Shown here: positions 27,944 to 38,599 of the stretch, piece after piece
Position numbering within the stretch: the stretch's first letter is position 1
Layout: each line of letters begins with the position of its first letter
NCBI GenBank assembly: GCA_018692315.1
Contig: JABHKC010000023.1
Location: 5,959 to 69,958 of the forward strand
DNA: 64,000 bases
Direction: 5' to 3'
DNA from: Bacteroidota bacterium
GTDB lineage: Bacteria; Bacteroidota; Bacteroidia; Bacteroidales; JABHKC01
Translations under genes and position numbers: made by a program
The notes under the pieces: model-generated
Told to the model about the DNA's origin: nothing
The model's database searches: none
What the model saw: only the letters and a program-made list of their open reading frames with translations

Positions 27944-28684
27944 ATGTTGCAGACGAAAATTTTCCTAAAATATTTCACAATAAGTGTAGTTCTAATTTTT
28001 ATTATTTCTGTGGTTTTTCTTTCAAATAAAACTTTGCTGTTTTTTTTCCCTGATAAAATTTGGGCTCATAAGGTTAACAATATTGAAAAACTCGAAGAAG
28101 CTTCCAAAAAATATGCAGGAATAGAACTCGATGTAGTTTTTCACAAAAAAACAAACTCTTTCGATGTTAATCATCCGCCCGATAGTTCTATAAATCTGTC
28201 ATTGACTGAATTTTTTCTTTCACAAAAAAACAGTGTTTCGAATTGTAAATATTGGATTGATTTTAAAAATTTGGATTATGAAAATAAAAAGCTTTCTGCA
28301 GATAAGTTAGATTCAATTGCAAATGTGTTTGAAATAGACAAAAAAAATATCATCATAGAATCTATCAGTCCAAAATTTCTAAAACTCTTTGACGATAAAG
28401 GATTTTTAACTTCTTACTATTTGCCAACAAATTTGAATTTGCTTGACGATAAAAATCTTGAATCTGTTTTGAAAACTATTAATACCAATATTTCCACTTT
28501 TAAAAACACATACATTTCATTCAACTATAAAGACTATGAGATAATAAACAGACGATTTCCCTACAAGAAAAAACTAACTTGGTTTACCAATTATGGCTCA
28601 TTAAATAAAATCAGCGCAAGGATTTTGTTATTCGAAATTTCGATGGACGAAAATGTAGATATTTTACTCATTCCTTTAAAGTAA
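27944..28684 (+). CDS. membrane-anchored hypothetical protein, 4 nt upstream of the phosphoethanolamine transferase gene
   Basis: 246 aa with an N-terminal TM segment. No domain securely recognised. Confidence 0.45.
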   Translation: MLQTKIFLKYFTISVVLIFIISVVFLSNKTLLFFFPDKIWAHKVNNIEKLEEASKKYAGIELDVVFHKKTNSFDVNHPPDSSINLSLTEFFLSQKNSVSNCKYWIDFKNLDYENKKLSADKLDSIANVFEIDKKNIIIESISPKFLKLFDDKGFLTSYYLPTNLNLLDDKNLESVLKTINTNISTFKNTYISFNYKDYEIINRRFPYKKKLTWFTNYGSLNKISARILLFEISMDENVDILLIPLK

Positions 28685-28688
28685 CAAA

Positions 28689-30308
28689 ATGAAGAAATTT
28701 AATAGTTTTCTGATTGTTCTAAAGGAAATCTACAATCCATTTATTGTCGCTTTAGCTTTTGCCCCATTAATTGTTGGGCTTATTGTGGATGCTAGTTTGT
28801 TCGACAGCAGGAATATTATTACGAATATCATTTGGATTCCAATTTTTACAGTAGCTTTTATTTTATCTAAGAAAAGGATTGTATATCAGATAGTTTGCTT
28901 GCTATATTTTATTTTGGGTCTTGTTGAAATTTCTCATTGGATTATTTTACAAGGTCCTGTTACAATAACAAGTTTTTTAGTAATCTCAAATACTAATTTA
29001 CAAGAAGCAATAGATTTTCTAAATCTAAAAGCTACGGTTGGCCTGATTGTTTTGGTTTTTTATACAATATTTTTCATTTTTACTTTTAAACGCAGACCTA
29101 AAATCTCCAAATCTAAATTTAAGCCCTACCTTATAGGAATTATTTTATTATTTTCTGCAATATTTATTCTCGAAAATGCAATTAATGAGCGATTAATTAG
29201 AAAAGGAATGCCACATATTGCAAAAGTTGTTTTTTCATTTATCGAAAAAATAAATTTGTATGAAGAAGCTATGCAAGAAATTGAACCTAAAATGGTTCAG
29301 GCAATTCCAACTTTGCCACAAAACCAGCAGACATTTGTATTGATAATTGGCGAATCGTGTAGCAGAAATCATATGTCTATTTATAATTACTCGAGAAAAA
29401 CCAATCCAAAGCTCGAAAAGCGTAAGGATTTGTTTGTTTACGATAATGTAGTTTCACCTTATTCAAATACTTTAAACTCTGTTCTATCAATGCTTTCTGA
29501 ATCAAATTTAGAGCGAAAATTAAATTTCGGAAAATGTGTCGATATAATTGATATTTTTTATTCTGCCGGTTTCAAAACCTATTGGCTTTCAAATCAATCG
29601 CCTATCGGAATTTGGGATAATCTTATAACTGTTTTTGCAAAAAAAGCTGATCACTACCGTTTTGTAAATACTACAAGCAATTCATCGTTTGAAGCAATGT
29701 TTACGACTTCATACGATTCTAAGCTCTTTAAACCATTTGCCAATGCTTTGAGCGAAAATGTTGCTAAAAAATTTATAGTTCTGCATTTAATGGGAAGTCA
29801 CTCTTCATATTCAAAAAGGTATCCTACTCATTATGATGTCTTTAACGGAAGTAACAAGAAAGAAAAAATTATTGCAGAATACGATAATTCAGTTCTTTAC
29901 AACGACTTTATTGTTGACAGCATTCTAAATATTTTAGATGAAAACGATTCCTTACATGAAAATTCGATTAGCTCTGCAATTTATTTGTCTGATCATGGCG
30001 AAAATGTTTACGATGAGCAAAATAAAATAGGACACGACTATTCAAAAAAATTACCAAAAGCTAATGTAGATATTCCTTTTATCATCTGGCTTTCACGGGA
30101 GTACATAAAATCCCATCCGCTAAAAGTAAATTTTGTCAGGTCAAATAGTCGCAAACCATTTATAACGGACGATTTGTTCCATTCAATAATTGATCTGATC
30201 GAAATTCAGACACCTTACTTTGAAGAAAAAAGAAGTATTTTCAACAAAAGATTTAATGACACTCGCCAAAGAATCTTGGAAGACGGGAAGGATTATGATG
30301 ATGATTAA
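28689..30308 (+). CDS. phosphoethanolamine transferase (sulfatase-fold, lipid A/LPS-core modifying family)
   Basis: 539 aa: about 5 N-terminal TM segments plus a sulfatase-type domain (IIGESCSRNHMSIYNY, HLMGSHSSYSKRYP, LSDHGEN). Confidence 0.75.
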   Translation: MKKFNSFLIVLKEIYNPFIVALAFAPLIVGLIVDASLFDSRNIITNIIWIPIFTVAFILSKKRIVYQIVCLLYFILGLVEISHWIILQGPVTITSFLVISNTNLQEAIDFLNLKATVGLIVLVFYTIFFIFTFKRRPKISKSKFKPYLIGIILLFSAIFILENAINERLIRKGMPHIAKVVFSFIEKINLYEEAMQEIEPKMVQAIPTLPQNQQTFVLIIGESCSRNHMSIYNYSRKTNPKLEKRKDLFVYDNVVSPYSNTLNSVLSMLSESNLERKLNFGKCVDIIDIFYSAGFKTYWLSNQSPIGIWDNLITVFAKKADHYRFVNTTSNSSFEAMFTTSYDSKLFKPFANALSENVAKKFIVLHLMGSHSSYSKRYPTHYDVFNGSNKKEKIIAEYDNSVLYNDFIVDSILNILDENDSLHENSISSAIYLSDHGENVYDEQNKIGHDYSKKLPKANVDIPFIIWLSREYIKSHPLKVNFVRSNSRKPFITDDLFHSIIDLIEIQTPYFEEKRSIFNKRFNDTRQRILEDGKDYDDD

Positions 30309-30372
30309 TTGAATATTTCCCAATTTGTGATGGCAATAAAAAATTATAAATAATCAATGAAAAATCAAAAAT

Positions 30373-31383
30373 CTATCTCCTAAGCAACCACAAACTTGAA
30401 TTATCTTTCCTAAGAACGGATAGCTTATTTGTTGCTTCAAGTTTTTTCTCAAACGAAAATATTGCTACCCGGTATTTTCCTTTTTCTTTGGGAAGAACTT
30501 TTGCAGGAAATCCTTCATCAATTATTTGGTGGAAATATTTCTGTGCATTTTTTTCTTTCACAAAACTGCCGCCAATAATATGATAAAGTTTTGAATTATT
30601 AATATCAGTATCAACTAATTCTACTTTCGAATTTTGTTCAATATTTCTTTCAGAAAGTAATATTTCTTTTTCGTTAAAACTATCGCTTGCAATAACAATA
30701 GCTTTGCGACTTTCAATTTCAGTTAGGAAAATTCTTTTATGCTCTAATAATTCTGATTTCGGTCCTGAAAATGGATTCAGATTAGCAAAACTGAAATTGC
30801 TATTTTGAAAAAATCCCATTTTGTAAGGAACAAAAATCATAATTGCTGCAATTGAAACTCCAATTGTAGCTCTACGAAAAATAGAATTTCTAATGATAGC
30901 ACTTACCTGTGACTTGTTTTCAAACTTGGGCTTAATTCTAATATGTTGCTTTTTCTCTTTCAAAGCAGGAAAATGGAAAGTACTCAATCCATACGAATCT
31001 AAAAGGAAATTTGTGTATTGTTCAGGTTCAAACTGTAAGTTTTTCTCCTTGTCGTACTGAAACTGCCCAATTCCTTCAAAATTTATTCTGTCAGCATTTT
31101 GCAATTTTTCGTTAATTTCCTTCACAAATTTTGCAACAATATCGTTCGTCTCTTTATAATCAATATTCTCAAAATCAGAAATATGCTTGATTAGTAAGCC
31201 ATCATTTTGCCGAAGATTAATATTAAAACTTACTTTTTTTGCTGGAGGATAACTTTTGTGAAGTTCATTGTCAATTTTTGCAGGCTTGTAGTTTGTTATA
31301 AACCCACCAAAATCAGGCAATATCACACAATCGTGCTGAAATAATAGTTCGTATATATACTTTTCAATTTTCAAAATAAACAA
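30373..31383 (-). CDS. SPOR domain protein with an HU/CCDC81-like N-terminal domain
   Basis: N-terminus VILPDFGGFITNYKPAKID, a central TM segment, and a C-terminal SPOR-like YHIIGGSFVKEKNAQKY..GKYRVAIFSF. Confidence 0.65.
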   Translation of the reverse strand: MFILKIEKYIYELLFQHDCVILPDFGGFITNYKPAKIDNELHKSYPPAKKVSFNINLRQNDGLLIKHISDFENIDYKETNDIVAKFVKEINEKLQNADRINFEGIGQFQYDKEKNLQFEPEQYTNFLLDSYGLSTFHFPALKEKKQHIRIKPKFENKSQVSAIIRNSIFRRATIGVSIAAIMIFVPYKMGFFQNSNFSFANLNPFSGPKSELLEHKRIFLTEIESRKAIVIASDSFNEKEILLSERNIEQNSKVELVDTDINNSKLYHIIGGSFVKEKNAQKYFHQIIDEGFPAKVLPKEKGKYRVAIFSFEKKLEATNKLSVLRKDNSSLWLLRR

Positions 31384-31489
31384 TTTTTATTTTACAAAAA
31401 TATGAAAAATAATTATTTCAATCGGAGTATTTCAAAATTAATATTAAAATGAAAAAGATTAATTCTCCAAAAAGTATTTACCAAAATTG

Positions 31490-31497
31490 TATTTTTG
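31490..31497 (+). promoter_or_regulatory. candidate -7 promoter box TATTTTTG for asnS
   Basis: TAnnTTTG 22 nt upstream of the ATG at 31520. It overlaps the TTG start at 31487 used by the ORF track. Confidence 0.45.
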
Positions 31498-31519
31498 CAG
31501 ATTATTTAAATTTATTGAA

Positions 31520-32971
31520 ATGGAAAAAATTAGAAGGACAGAAATTTGCGAGCTTTTGAAAGCTACTGATACCGAAAAATTGATTAATGTGAAAGCATGG
31601 GTGCGTACCAAACGCTCAGGCAAAAATGTTGCATTTATTGCACTGAATGATGGTTCTACAATCAATAATATTCAAGTTGTGGTAGATTTGCAGAAAATTG
31701 ATGAAGAAAACTTAATCAACATAAATACAGGAGCAGCCATTTCAGTAAATGGGAAACTTATAAAATCGCTTGGGAGTGGGCAATCGCACGAAATTGATGC
31801 TCACGAAATTGAAGTTCTTGGTGTAGCAAATCCAGACGAATATCCTATTCAACCAAAAAAACATAGTTTAGAATTTCTTAGAGAACATGCACATTTACGC
31901 TTCCGCACAAGCACTTTTTCTGCTATTACTCGCGTGCGTCATGCCATGATTTTTGCAATTCATAAATTTTTCAACGACAAAGGATATTGCAATATTCACA
32001 CTCCAATCATCACCGGTTCCGATGCCGAAGGTGCCGGCGAAATGTTTCGAATTTCTACATTAGATAACAAAAAACCACCTTTAAACGAAAGTGGTGAAGT
32101 AGATTATACCCAAGATTTTTTTGGAAAAGAAACCAATCTTACAGTTTCAGGACAATTGGAAGCCGAATTGGCTGCTTTGGCACTATCAAAAGTTTATACT
32201 TTCGGTCCTACTTTCCGTGCCGAAAATTCTAACACAACTCGTCATCTTGCCGAATTTTGGATGATTGAACCGGAGGTAGCGTTTTTCGATTTGAACGATG
32301 ATATGGACCTTGCTGAAGAAATGCTCAAATATCTTGTGGAATATGCTCTGGAAAATTGTTCAGACGATTTGCAATTCCTCAACAAACGATTGATTGACGA
32401 AGAAAAGGGAAAAGCTCAGAAAGACCGGTCGGAGATGGGACTTATAGAAAAACTGGAATTTGTTTTAAAATCTGATTTTGAGAGAATTACATATACTGAA
32501 GCTTTTAATATTTTAAGAAATTCTAAACCTAACAAAAAGAAAAAATTCCAATATCTAATAGAAAATTGGGGGGCAGACCTTCAATCGGAACACGAACGAT
32601 TTCTCGTAGAAAAACATTTTAAAAAACCAGTGATACTTGTAGATTATCCTAAAGAAATAAAAGCATTTTACATGCGACAAAACGATGATGACAAGACAGT
32701 TAGAGCTATGGATATTCTTTTTCCGGGCATTGGCGAAATAGTTGGTGGATCGCAAAGAGAAGAGCGATACGATTTACTTTTGAACAGAATGAAAGAACTT
32801 GATATTCCTGAAAAAGAACTTTGGTGGTATCTCGAAACCAGAAAATTTGGGACAGTACCACATGCCGGGTTTGGCTTAGGTTTCGAACGATTGATGCTAT
32901 TTATTACCGGAATGAGTAACATTAGAGATGTAATTCCATTCCCAAGAACACCGAAAAATGCTGAGTTTTAA
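31520..32971 (+). CDS. asnS: asparagine--tRNA ligase
   Basis: Class II aaRS motifs ([28 protein letters not shown]) and an N-terminal OB fold. Start moved to the ATG at 31520 (MEKIRRTEI...). Confidence 0.93.
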   Translation: MEKIRRTEICELLKATDTEKLINVKAWVRTKRSGKNVAFIALNDGSTINNIQVVVDLQKIDEENLININTGAAISVNGKLIKSLGSGQSHEIDAHEIEVLGVANPDEYPIQPKKHSLEFLREHAHLRFRTSTFSAITRVRHAMIFAIHKFFNDKGYCNIHTPIITGSDAEGAGEMFRISTLDNKKPPLNESGEVDYTQDFFGKETNLTVSGQLEAELAALALSKVYTFGPTFRAENSNTTRHLAEFWMIEPEVAFFDLNDDMDLAEEMLKYLVEYALENCSDDLQFLNKRLIDEEKGKAQKDRSEMGLIEKLEFVLKSDFERITYTEAFNILRNSKPNKKKKFQYLIENWGADLQSEHERFLVEKHFKKPVILVDYPKEIKAFYMRQNDDDKTVRAMDILFPGIGEIVGGSQREERYDLLLNRMKELDIPEKELWWYLETRKFGTVPHAGFGLGFERLMLFITGMSNIRDVIPFPRTPKNAEF

Positions 32972-33006
32972 CCATATAACTATTTGCTACAGATTTAATT
33001 TTCATA

Positions 33007-34245
33007 ATGAAAAAACTTTTTGCCATAATATTATTCCTTGCTTTTTTCACCAATTCAGCCTATAGTTTCAGATATTCAGAAATTTTTCAAGACAGTTTGT
33101 TATCAGAAAATTTCGAAAATTGGAGTGTTACATCTGCAGATTGGCAAATATTTGATTCGAACGGAGATAATCTCACATGGAGCATATATGGAAATGCCGG
33201 CGTTGATGGTTCATTCGCAGCCGGTTATCTTTTTTCGTTTACCGAAATTGCCGACGACTGGATAATTTCGAAAGGAATTTCTCTTGAAGCCGGAAAAAAT
33301 TATTGGTTAAATTTTAAATATAGAATTGAAGACGAGCTTTATCCCGAAAAATTAGCTGTTTATTTTGGTTTGTTTCAAAATCCTATGAGTATGACAACAG
33401 AAATTGTGGACTTAGGAGAAATAAAAAATGAGCAATTTTTAACTCTTTCGAGAGGATTTACAGTGCCGGCAGATTCGGTTTACTATTTCGGATGGTATGC
33501 CTACTCTGATCCATACCAATGGGTAGTTCTCATTGATAATATTTATATTAAAGAAATTGATTGTTCTGCAAGTGTACCGCCGGTTATTGAACTCGGCAAT
33601 GATCAATCTTTGTGCGAAGGCGACACAATAGTTTTAAGTGTAGAATCAGAATTCGATTTATATGTTTGGGGCGACTATGGAAATTTGCCAAACCTAACAG
33701 TTACTCAATCAGGGATTTATTCTTTATACGTAGAAGACAGTTGCTTGAATAGTGCTTTCGATAATGTTGAAATAAATTATATTCCGAATCCCGAAATTGA
33801 TTTGGGCAACGATACAACTATTGTGGAAGGAGATAATATTCTGCTCTCTACTGGAGTTTCCAACATGGACTATTTATGGTCAACGAACGAAACAAGTCAG
33901 TCTATTTTGATTTCGGAACACGGAACTTATTATGTTACAGTAACAAACGATTCTAATTGTTTTTCTGTTGATTCGATAAATATTTACTACTTAGGTATTG
34001 AAAACCCATTTTCTAAAATTCAAATTTTTCCGCAACCTACGGTCGATTTTTTGAATATTTCAAGCGGAAATGAAATCATTGTTGAAATAGAAATCTTTGA
34101 TTCGAATGCGAAAACCGTTTTTTATAAAGAAGCATTTTTGCAAAATTTGATTATCGATGTCAGTGTTTTAAAAACAGGTGAGTATATTGCTAAAATTAAA
34201 ACAAAAAGCAATAGATTATATTCAAAAATAATTGTGAAAATATAG
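33007..34245 (+). CDS. secreted protein with a choice-of-anchor-J-like N-terminal domain and a T9SS C-terminal sorting domain
   Basis: Signal peptide, FENWSVTSADWQIFDSNGDNLTWS..DDWIIS, and a C-terminal IFPQPTVDFLNI...GEYIAKIKT...KIIVKI tail. Confidence 0.7.
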   Translation: MKKLFAIILFLAFFTNSAYSFRYSEIFQDSLLSENFENWSVTSADWQIFDSNGDNLTWSIYGNAGVDGSFAAGYLFSFTEIADDWIISKGISLEAGKNYWLNFKYRIEDELYPEKLAVYFGLFQNPMSMTTEIVDLGEIKNEQFLTLSRGFTVPADSVYYFGWYAYSDPYQWVVLIDNIYIKEIDCSASVPPVIELGNDQSLCEGDTIVLSVESEFDLYVWGDYGNLPNLTVTQSGIYSLYVEDSCLNSAFDNVEINYIPNPEIDLGNDTTIVEGDNILLSTGVSNMDYLWSTNETSQSILISEHGTYYVTVTNDSNCFSVDSINIYYLGIENPFSKIQIFPQPTVDFLNISSGNEIIVEIEIFDSNAKTVFYKEAFLQNLIIDVSVLKTGEYIAKIKTKSNRLYSKIIVKI

Positions 34246-34388
34246 CCATCTGCTAATCTCCGCAATTTATTCAAAGCATTTCCTAAAACGAATAATTATT
34301 CAATAGAAACACTAAACAAAAAATAGACTATTGATAATGAGCTATAAAAATATTTTAGTATTTTGTGCAAAATTTTGAAATATTAAAT

Positions 34389-35513
34389 ATGAACAACAAA
34401 ATGAATTTTGTGCAAATAATTTTTTTTTATCCACTGTCATTGATTTATAGTTTTGTTGTGTACATTAGAAATCGACTATTCGATTACAATTTTCTCAAAT
34501 CTAAAGAATTTACAATTCCTATAATTTCGGTAGGAAATATCACTGTTGGCGGGACAGGAAAAACCCCGCATATTGAATATTTAATTTCTATTTTAAAAAA
34601 CGAATGCAAAATTGCAGTACTTAGTCGGGGCTACAAACGAAAATCAAGAGGATTTGTACTTGCACACCCCGACTCAACATATTATGAAATAGGTGATGAA
34701 CCTAAACAAATAAAAACAAAATTTCCAAAATTAGACGTTGCAGTAAATGCAAATAGAACACAAGGAATTTACCAATTATTAGAAAAAGGAAGCCCCGAAC
34801 TTAACACAATTTTGTTAGACGATGCCTATCAGCACAGATATGTTAAACCGGGCTTGTCAATACTTTTGGTCGATTATACTCAACCAATGTTTCACGACCA
34901 TTTTTTGCCATATGGTCGCTTGCGCGAAAATAGGCACGAAAAAAGGAGGTCGAACATTATAATAATTACAAAAACTCCGAGAGACCTGAAACCAATAGAT
35001 AGGCGAATTTTGGTGAAAAATTTAAAACTATTTCCATATCAGAATCTGTTTTTCACGACTATGGCTTTTGGAGATTTTCAGGCGGTTTTTGACTCAGAAA
35101 AATTTCAGTTAAAAATCTTGGAATGTGTAGAAAATAAATATTCTATTTTGGCTATTTCGGGAATTGCAAATCCTCAACAATTCGACAAACATATTCAAAC
35201 GGTTAGCAATGATGTAGTTACATTGACTTACCCGGATCATCACAATTTTACTAAAAAGGACGCTAATAAAATTTATTCAAGTTTTAATAAAATTAACAAT
35301 CCTAAAAAAATTATTGTTACTACAGAAAAAGATGCAATGCGTTTTCAAGACAATAGGCATAGCAAAATCCTCAGCGATTTGCCATTTTATTATATCCCAA
35401 TGCAAATAGAATTTCTAAACAAAGAAACAGAAAGCTTTAATAATCAAATAATTAACTATGTTAGAAAAAATAAAAGAAACAGCAACCTACATAAAGAATA
35501 TCATAAAAAGTGA
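34389..35513 (+). CDS. lpxK: tetraacyldisaccharide 4'-kinase
   Basis: P-loop VGNITVGGTGKTP. The track ORF begins at a GTG at 34365. ATG candidates lie at 34389 and 34401. Confidence 0.85.
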   Translation: MNNKMNFVQIIFFYPLSLIYSFVVYIRNRLFDYNFLKSKEFTIPIISVGNITVGGTGKTPHIEYLISILKNECKIAVLSRGYKRKSRGFVLAHPDSTYYEIGDEPKQIKTKFPKLDVAVNANRTQGIYQLLEKGSPELNTILLDDAYQHRYVKPGLSILLVDYTQPMFHDHFLPYGRLRENRHEKRRSNIIIITKTPRDLKPIDRRILVKNLKLFPYQNLFFTTMAFGDFQAVFDSEKFQLKILECVENKYSILAISGIANPQQFDKHIQTVSNDVVTLTYPDHHNFTKKDANKIYSSFNKINNPKKIIVTTEKDAMRFQDNRHSKILSDLPFYYIPMQIEFLNKETESFNNQIINYVRKNKRNSNLHKEYHKK

Positions 35514-36270
35514 ACCTCAGATAGGAGTGATTCTCGGAACCGGACTTGGCGGTTTGGTCGAAGAAATGAAAATTGAACATATTATTGATTATAAAGATAT
35601 TCCGAATTTTCCGGTTTCAACTGTAAAGGGGCACCACAGCCGTTTGATATTCGGAGAATTCTCGGGAAAAAAGCTTATTGCCATGCAAGGGCGTTTTCAT
35701 TATTACGAAGGCTACAACATGAAAGAAATAACTTTTCCGGTAAAAGTTATGAAACTTCTCGGAATTGAATATTTGTTTGTGTCGAATGCAAGCGGTGGAG
35801 TGAATCCAGATTTTCATATTGGAGACCTTATGATAATTGATGACCAAATTAATTTGTTTCCCGAAAATCCGCTTCGAGGCAAAAATGAAGACGATTTTGG
35901 GGTACGTTTCCCAGATATGAGCGAAACATACTCTGCAGAATTAATTGCAAAAGGGGTAGAAATTGCTAAAGAAAATAAATTTACAGTTCATACCGGAGTC
36001 TATGCAGGCGTTACAGGACCAACTTTTGAAACACCTGCAGAATATAAATATTTGCGTATTATTGGCGCCGATGCTGTTGGTATGTCCACAGTCCCTGAAG
36101 TTATTGTTGCACATCATATGAGAATTCCTTGCTTTGCAATTTCAATAATTACAGATTTGGGTGTTCCTAACAAAATTGTGGAAGTTACTCACGAGGACGT
36201 ACAAAATGTAGCAGAAATTGCCGAACCCAAAATGACTAAGATTATTAAAGAAATTGTTAGCCAATTATAG
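35458..36270 (+). CDS. purine nucleoside phosphorylase (trimeric PNP family)
   Basis: 270 aa with GVILGTGLGGL, GRFHYYEG and GADAVGMSTVPEV. Overlaps the lpxK 3' end by 56 nt. Confidence 0.88.
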   Translation: MLEKIKETATYIKNIIKSEPQIGVILGTGLGGLVEEMKIEHIIDYKDIPNFPVSTVKGHHSRLIFGEFSGKKLIAMQGRFHYYEGYNMKEITFPVKVMKLLGIEYLFVSNASGGVNPDFHIGDLMIIDDQINLFPENPLRGKNEDDFGVRFPDMSETYSAELIAKGVEIAKENKFTVHTGVYAGVTGPTFETPAEYKYLRIIGADAVGMSTVPEVIVAHHMRIPCFAISIITDLGVPNKIVEVTHEDVQNVAEIAEPKMTKIIKEIVSQL

Positions 36271-36314
36271 CAAAATTTTGATTTATTATTTTTGAATTTT
36301 AATTTGAAATTGAC

Positions 36315-37718
36315 ATGAAATTGAAACTCTTCATCGCAATTCTTTTTGTGCTTTTTGCAAAAATAGATTTTGCACAGAATGTAAAAATATCAGGAACAGA
36401 ACTATCGTATGCAAATCAAGAATTAGTTTTATTGACTTATTCAGAGCATATTACTTTTTCCGAGAATGCGCTTGCAAAATCCTTAGTAAAGGAAGATGGG
36501 AGCTATTTGTTCGAATTTTCAACTGAAAATGCTATATCTGTATTTATGTATATTGGGCGATACAAAGCATTTTTGCTGGTTGAACCAAATAGAGATTATA
36601 AGATTTTTTTGCCCGAATTTTCTGAAAAATCTACCAGCGAAAAACTAAATCCATATTTTAAGGATATGGAAATTACTTTGGAAATTTTATCTTCAAAAAA
36701 AAATGAATTAAATAATATTATTTCAGAATTTGACTCTACATTCAACGCTGTTCTAAATAAAAATTTTCCATCGATTTATCGACAGAGAAAATATTCTATT
36801 ATCGATTCAATTGTTCAACTCATTGATACACAATTTATAAATATTGAAAATAAATATTTAAATAGTCATAAATTATATAAATATTCATCGCTATACTATA
36901 TGGCAAACCAGCGGAATTCTGAATTTATCATTGAAAAATATTTTTCAGAAAATCCGGTCTTGTATCACCACACAGAGTATATGAATATGTTTAATCAGAT
37001 TTTTGCACGCTACCTGACTTTTTATTCGCTCACAAAAAATGGCAATAGAATTCCGCTCGACATAAGTCTTACGAAAAGTGTTGTCAGACTGAAACATACA
37101 CTTTCAAACAATCCTAATTTGAAAAATGATACCCTCAAAGAATTGATTATTCTTAAGGGAATTTACGACAATTTTTACTTGGGCAACTATTCTCAGAAAA
37201 CTCTTTTGCTAATTATTGATTCTATTGGGGCAACAACAAAAGTAGCTCATCATAAGCTAATTGTAGAGAATATTAAGAAAAATGTCAATTGCTTGAAAAT
37301 AGGGACTAAAGCTCCTGAATTTGAATTATATAACAGAAATAAAAGAAAGAAGAAGTTATCGAATTTTTCGGGGAAATTTATCTATTTAAATTTTGCAAAT
37401 ACCGAAAATTATGCCTGCCAAAAAGATTTTCAACTTCTCGCAAATTTGTATAAAAAACATGGCAAAACTATCGAAATTGTAACAATAATTTCGAATGGAA
37501 CACACGAAGATATGACCGAATTTTTGGAGGGAAAAGATTATGACTGGACTTTTTTGCACTGCGGAAATCAGCCCACTGTTATAAAAGATTATAAAATTAA
37601 AGTATATCCTTTGTATTTTTTAGTTGATCCTTACGGAAAATTAGCGTTGTCGCCAGCCCTGCCACCACACGAGAATTTTGAAATACAATTGTTTAAAGAG
37701 ATTAAGAAAAGGGATTAG
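36315..37718 (+). CDS. TlpA/AhpC-like thioredoxin-fold protein with a large N-terminal domain
   Basis: Signal peptide and a C-terminal thioredoxin-like region (GTKAPEFELYN..GKFIYLNF). The usual CxxC is reduced to a single Cys (ENYACQKDF). Confidence 0.55.
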   Translation: MKLKLFIAILFVLFAKIDFAQNVKISGTELSYANQELVLLTYSEHITFSENALAKSLVKEDGSYLFEFSTENAISVFMYIGRYKAFLLVEPNRDYKIFLPEFSEKSTSEKLNPYFKDMEITLEILSSKKNELNNIISEFDSTFNAVLNKNFPSIYRQRKYSIIDSIVQLIDTQFINIENKYLNSHKLYKYSSLYYMANQRNSEFIIEKYFSENPVLYHHTEYMNMFNQIFARYLTFYSLTKNGNRIPLDISLTKSVVRLKHTLSNNPNLKNDTLKELIILKGIYDNFYLGNYSQKTLLLIIDSIGATTKVAHHKLIVENIKKNVNCLKIGTKAPEFELYNRNKRKKKLSNFSGKFIYLNFANTENYACQKDFQLLANLYKKHGKTIEIVTIISNGTHEDMTEFLEGKDYDWTFLHCGNQPTVIKDYKIKVYPLYFLVDPYGKLALSPALPPHENFEIQLFKEIKKRD

Positions 37719-37768
37719 TTTGGCTTGTCAAAATATTTTGTATTTGATTTTCTGAATAGTGCTAATTT

Positions 37769-38599
37769 TCAAACACATTCTTTAAATATTTTAACCATTT
37801 CGGGTAAAACCATACCGCTTGGATATTGCAAAAAATATCCATTACCGCTATTTATTGCCATTTCTGAAAAAATATTCTTTTCAATGTTTATATCGAAAAT
37901 TATCCCGCCAGTTTTGAGAACCAATTGTGCAACGGTGTTCGGAATATTCGTAGAGCCAGTGGTTCCGGCAATAATCAAAAGTTCGGTTGCGGCAGCGGTT
38001 TTCATACAGCTTTCTACACGATAATATACTTCGTTATAGTATTCGTCCCACAACAAGGCAAATGGACGTGTGATACCTCCACAATCAGGACATCTCAACA
38101 TTTCCACTTCTGCTTTACTCAAGTCATCTCCTCTACTTTTTTGAGGGAAATTTTCAGGAATAGGATAAATTGATAAATTGCAGTTTTTGTCGCATAACAT
38201 ATAATTAATATTTCCGTGTGCTTGAAATGTTCCTTCAATACTATTGCCGGCTCTTAGATGCAATCCATCAACATTTTGTGTTATAATAGTGAATCGGTCT
38301 CCCAATAGTTTTTCTATTTCTACCAATGCCATATGTCCGGCATTTGGTTTTGCTGAATTGCAAACTGATCGCATGTACAAAAACCATTTCCAAACTTCGT
38401 AGGGACTTTTTTGAAACATTTTATAAGTAGCAATTTCGTGAGGCTTGTAGTTTTTCGAACCAATCGTCCAATATCCGTCTGATCCACGAAAAGTGGGAAT
38501 GCCACTTTCGGCAGAAACACCGGCACCGGTTAGGAAAGTAATTTTTCCTTTGCCATTAAATACAGTTTTTAACTGCTCTTCTAATTTATTTGAAATCAT
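37769..38599 (-). CDS. NAD-dependent protein deacylase (sirtuin, Sir2 family)
   Basis: GAGVSAESGIPTFRG, QNVDGLH, catalytic HG, and zinc-ribbon Cys pairs CDKNC / CPDCGG. 276 aa. Confidence 0.85.
   Translation of the reverse strand: MISNKLEEQLKTVFNGKGKITFLTGAGVSAESGIPTFRGSDGYWTIGSKNYKPHEIATYKMFQKSPYEVWKWFLYMRSVCNSAKPNAGHMALVEIEKLLGDRFTIITQNVDGLHLRAGNSIEGTFQAHGNINYMLCDKNCNLSIYPIPENFPQKSRGDDLSKAEVEMLRCPDCGGITRPFALLWDEYYNEVYYRVESCMKTAAATELLIIAGTTGSTNIPNTVAQLVLKTGGIIFDINIEKNIFSEMAINSGNGYFLQYPSGMVLPEMVKIFKECV

Noticed and set aside
37725-38173. Plus-strand ORFs of 99 and 82 aa overlapping the sirtuin gene.
   Set aside because: They are antisense to a CDS that has all the Sir2 catalytic motifs.
37769-38599. 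Sir2-domain protein considered as an anti-phage effector (Thoeris ThsA, DSR, SIR2-HerA or pAgo-associated).
   Set aside because: It has canonical sirtuin size and motifs, including the zinc ribbon. It has no SLOG, helicase, TIR or Argonaute partner. It is translationally coupled to cutC within a housekeeping context.
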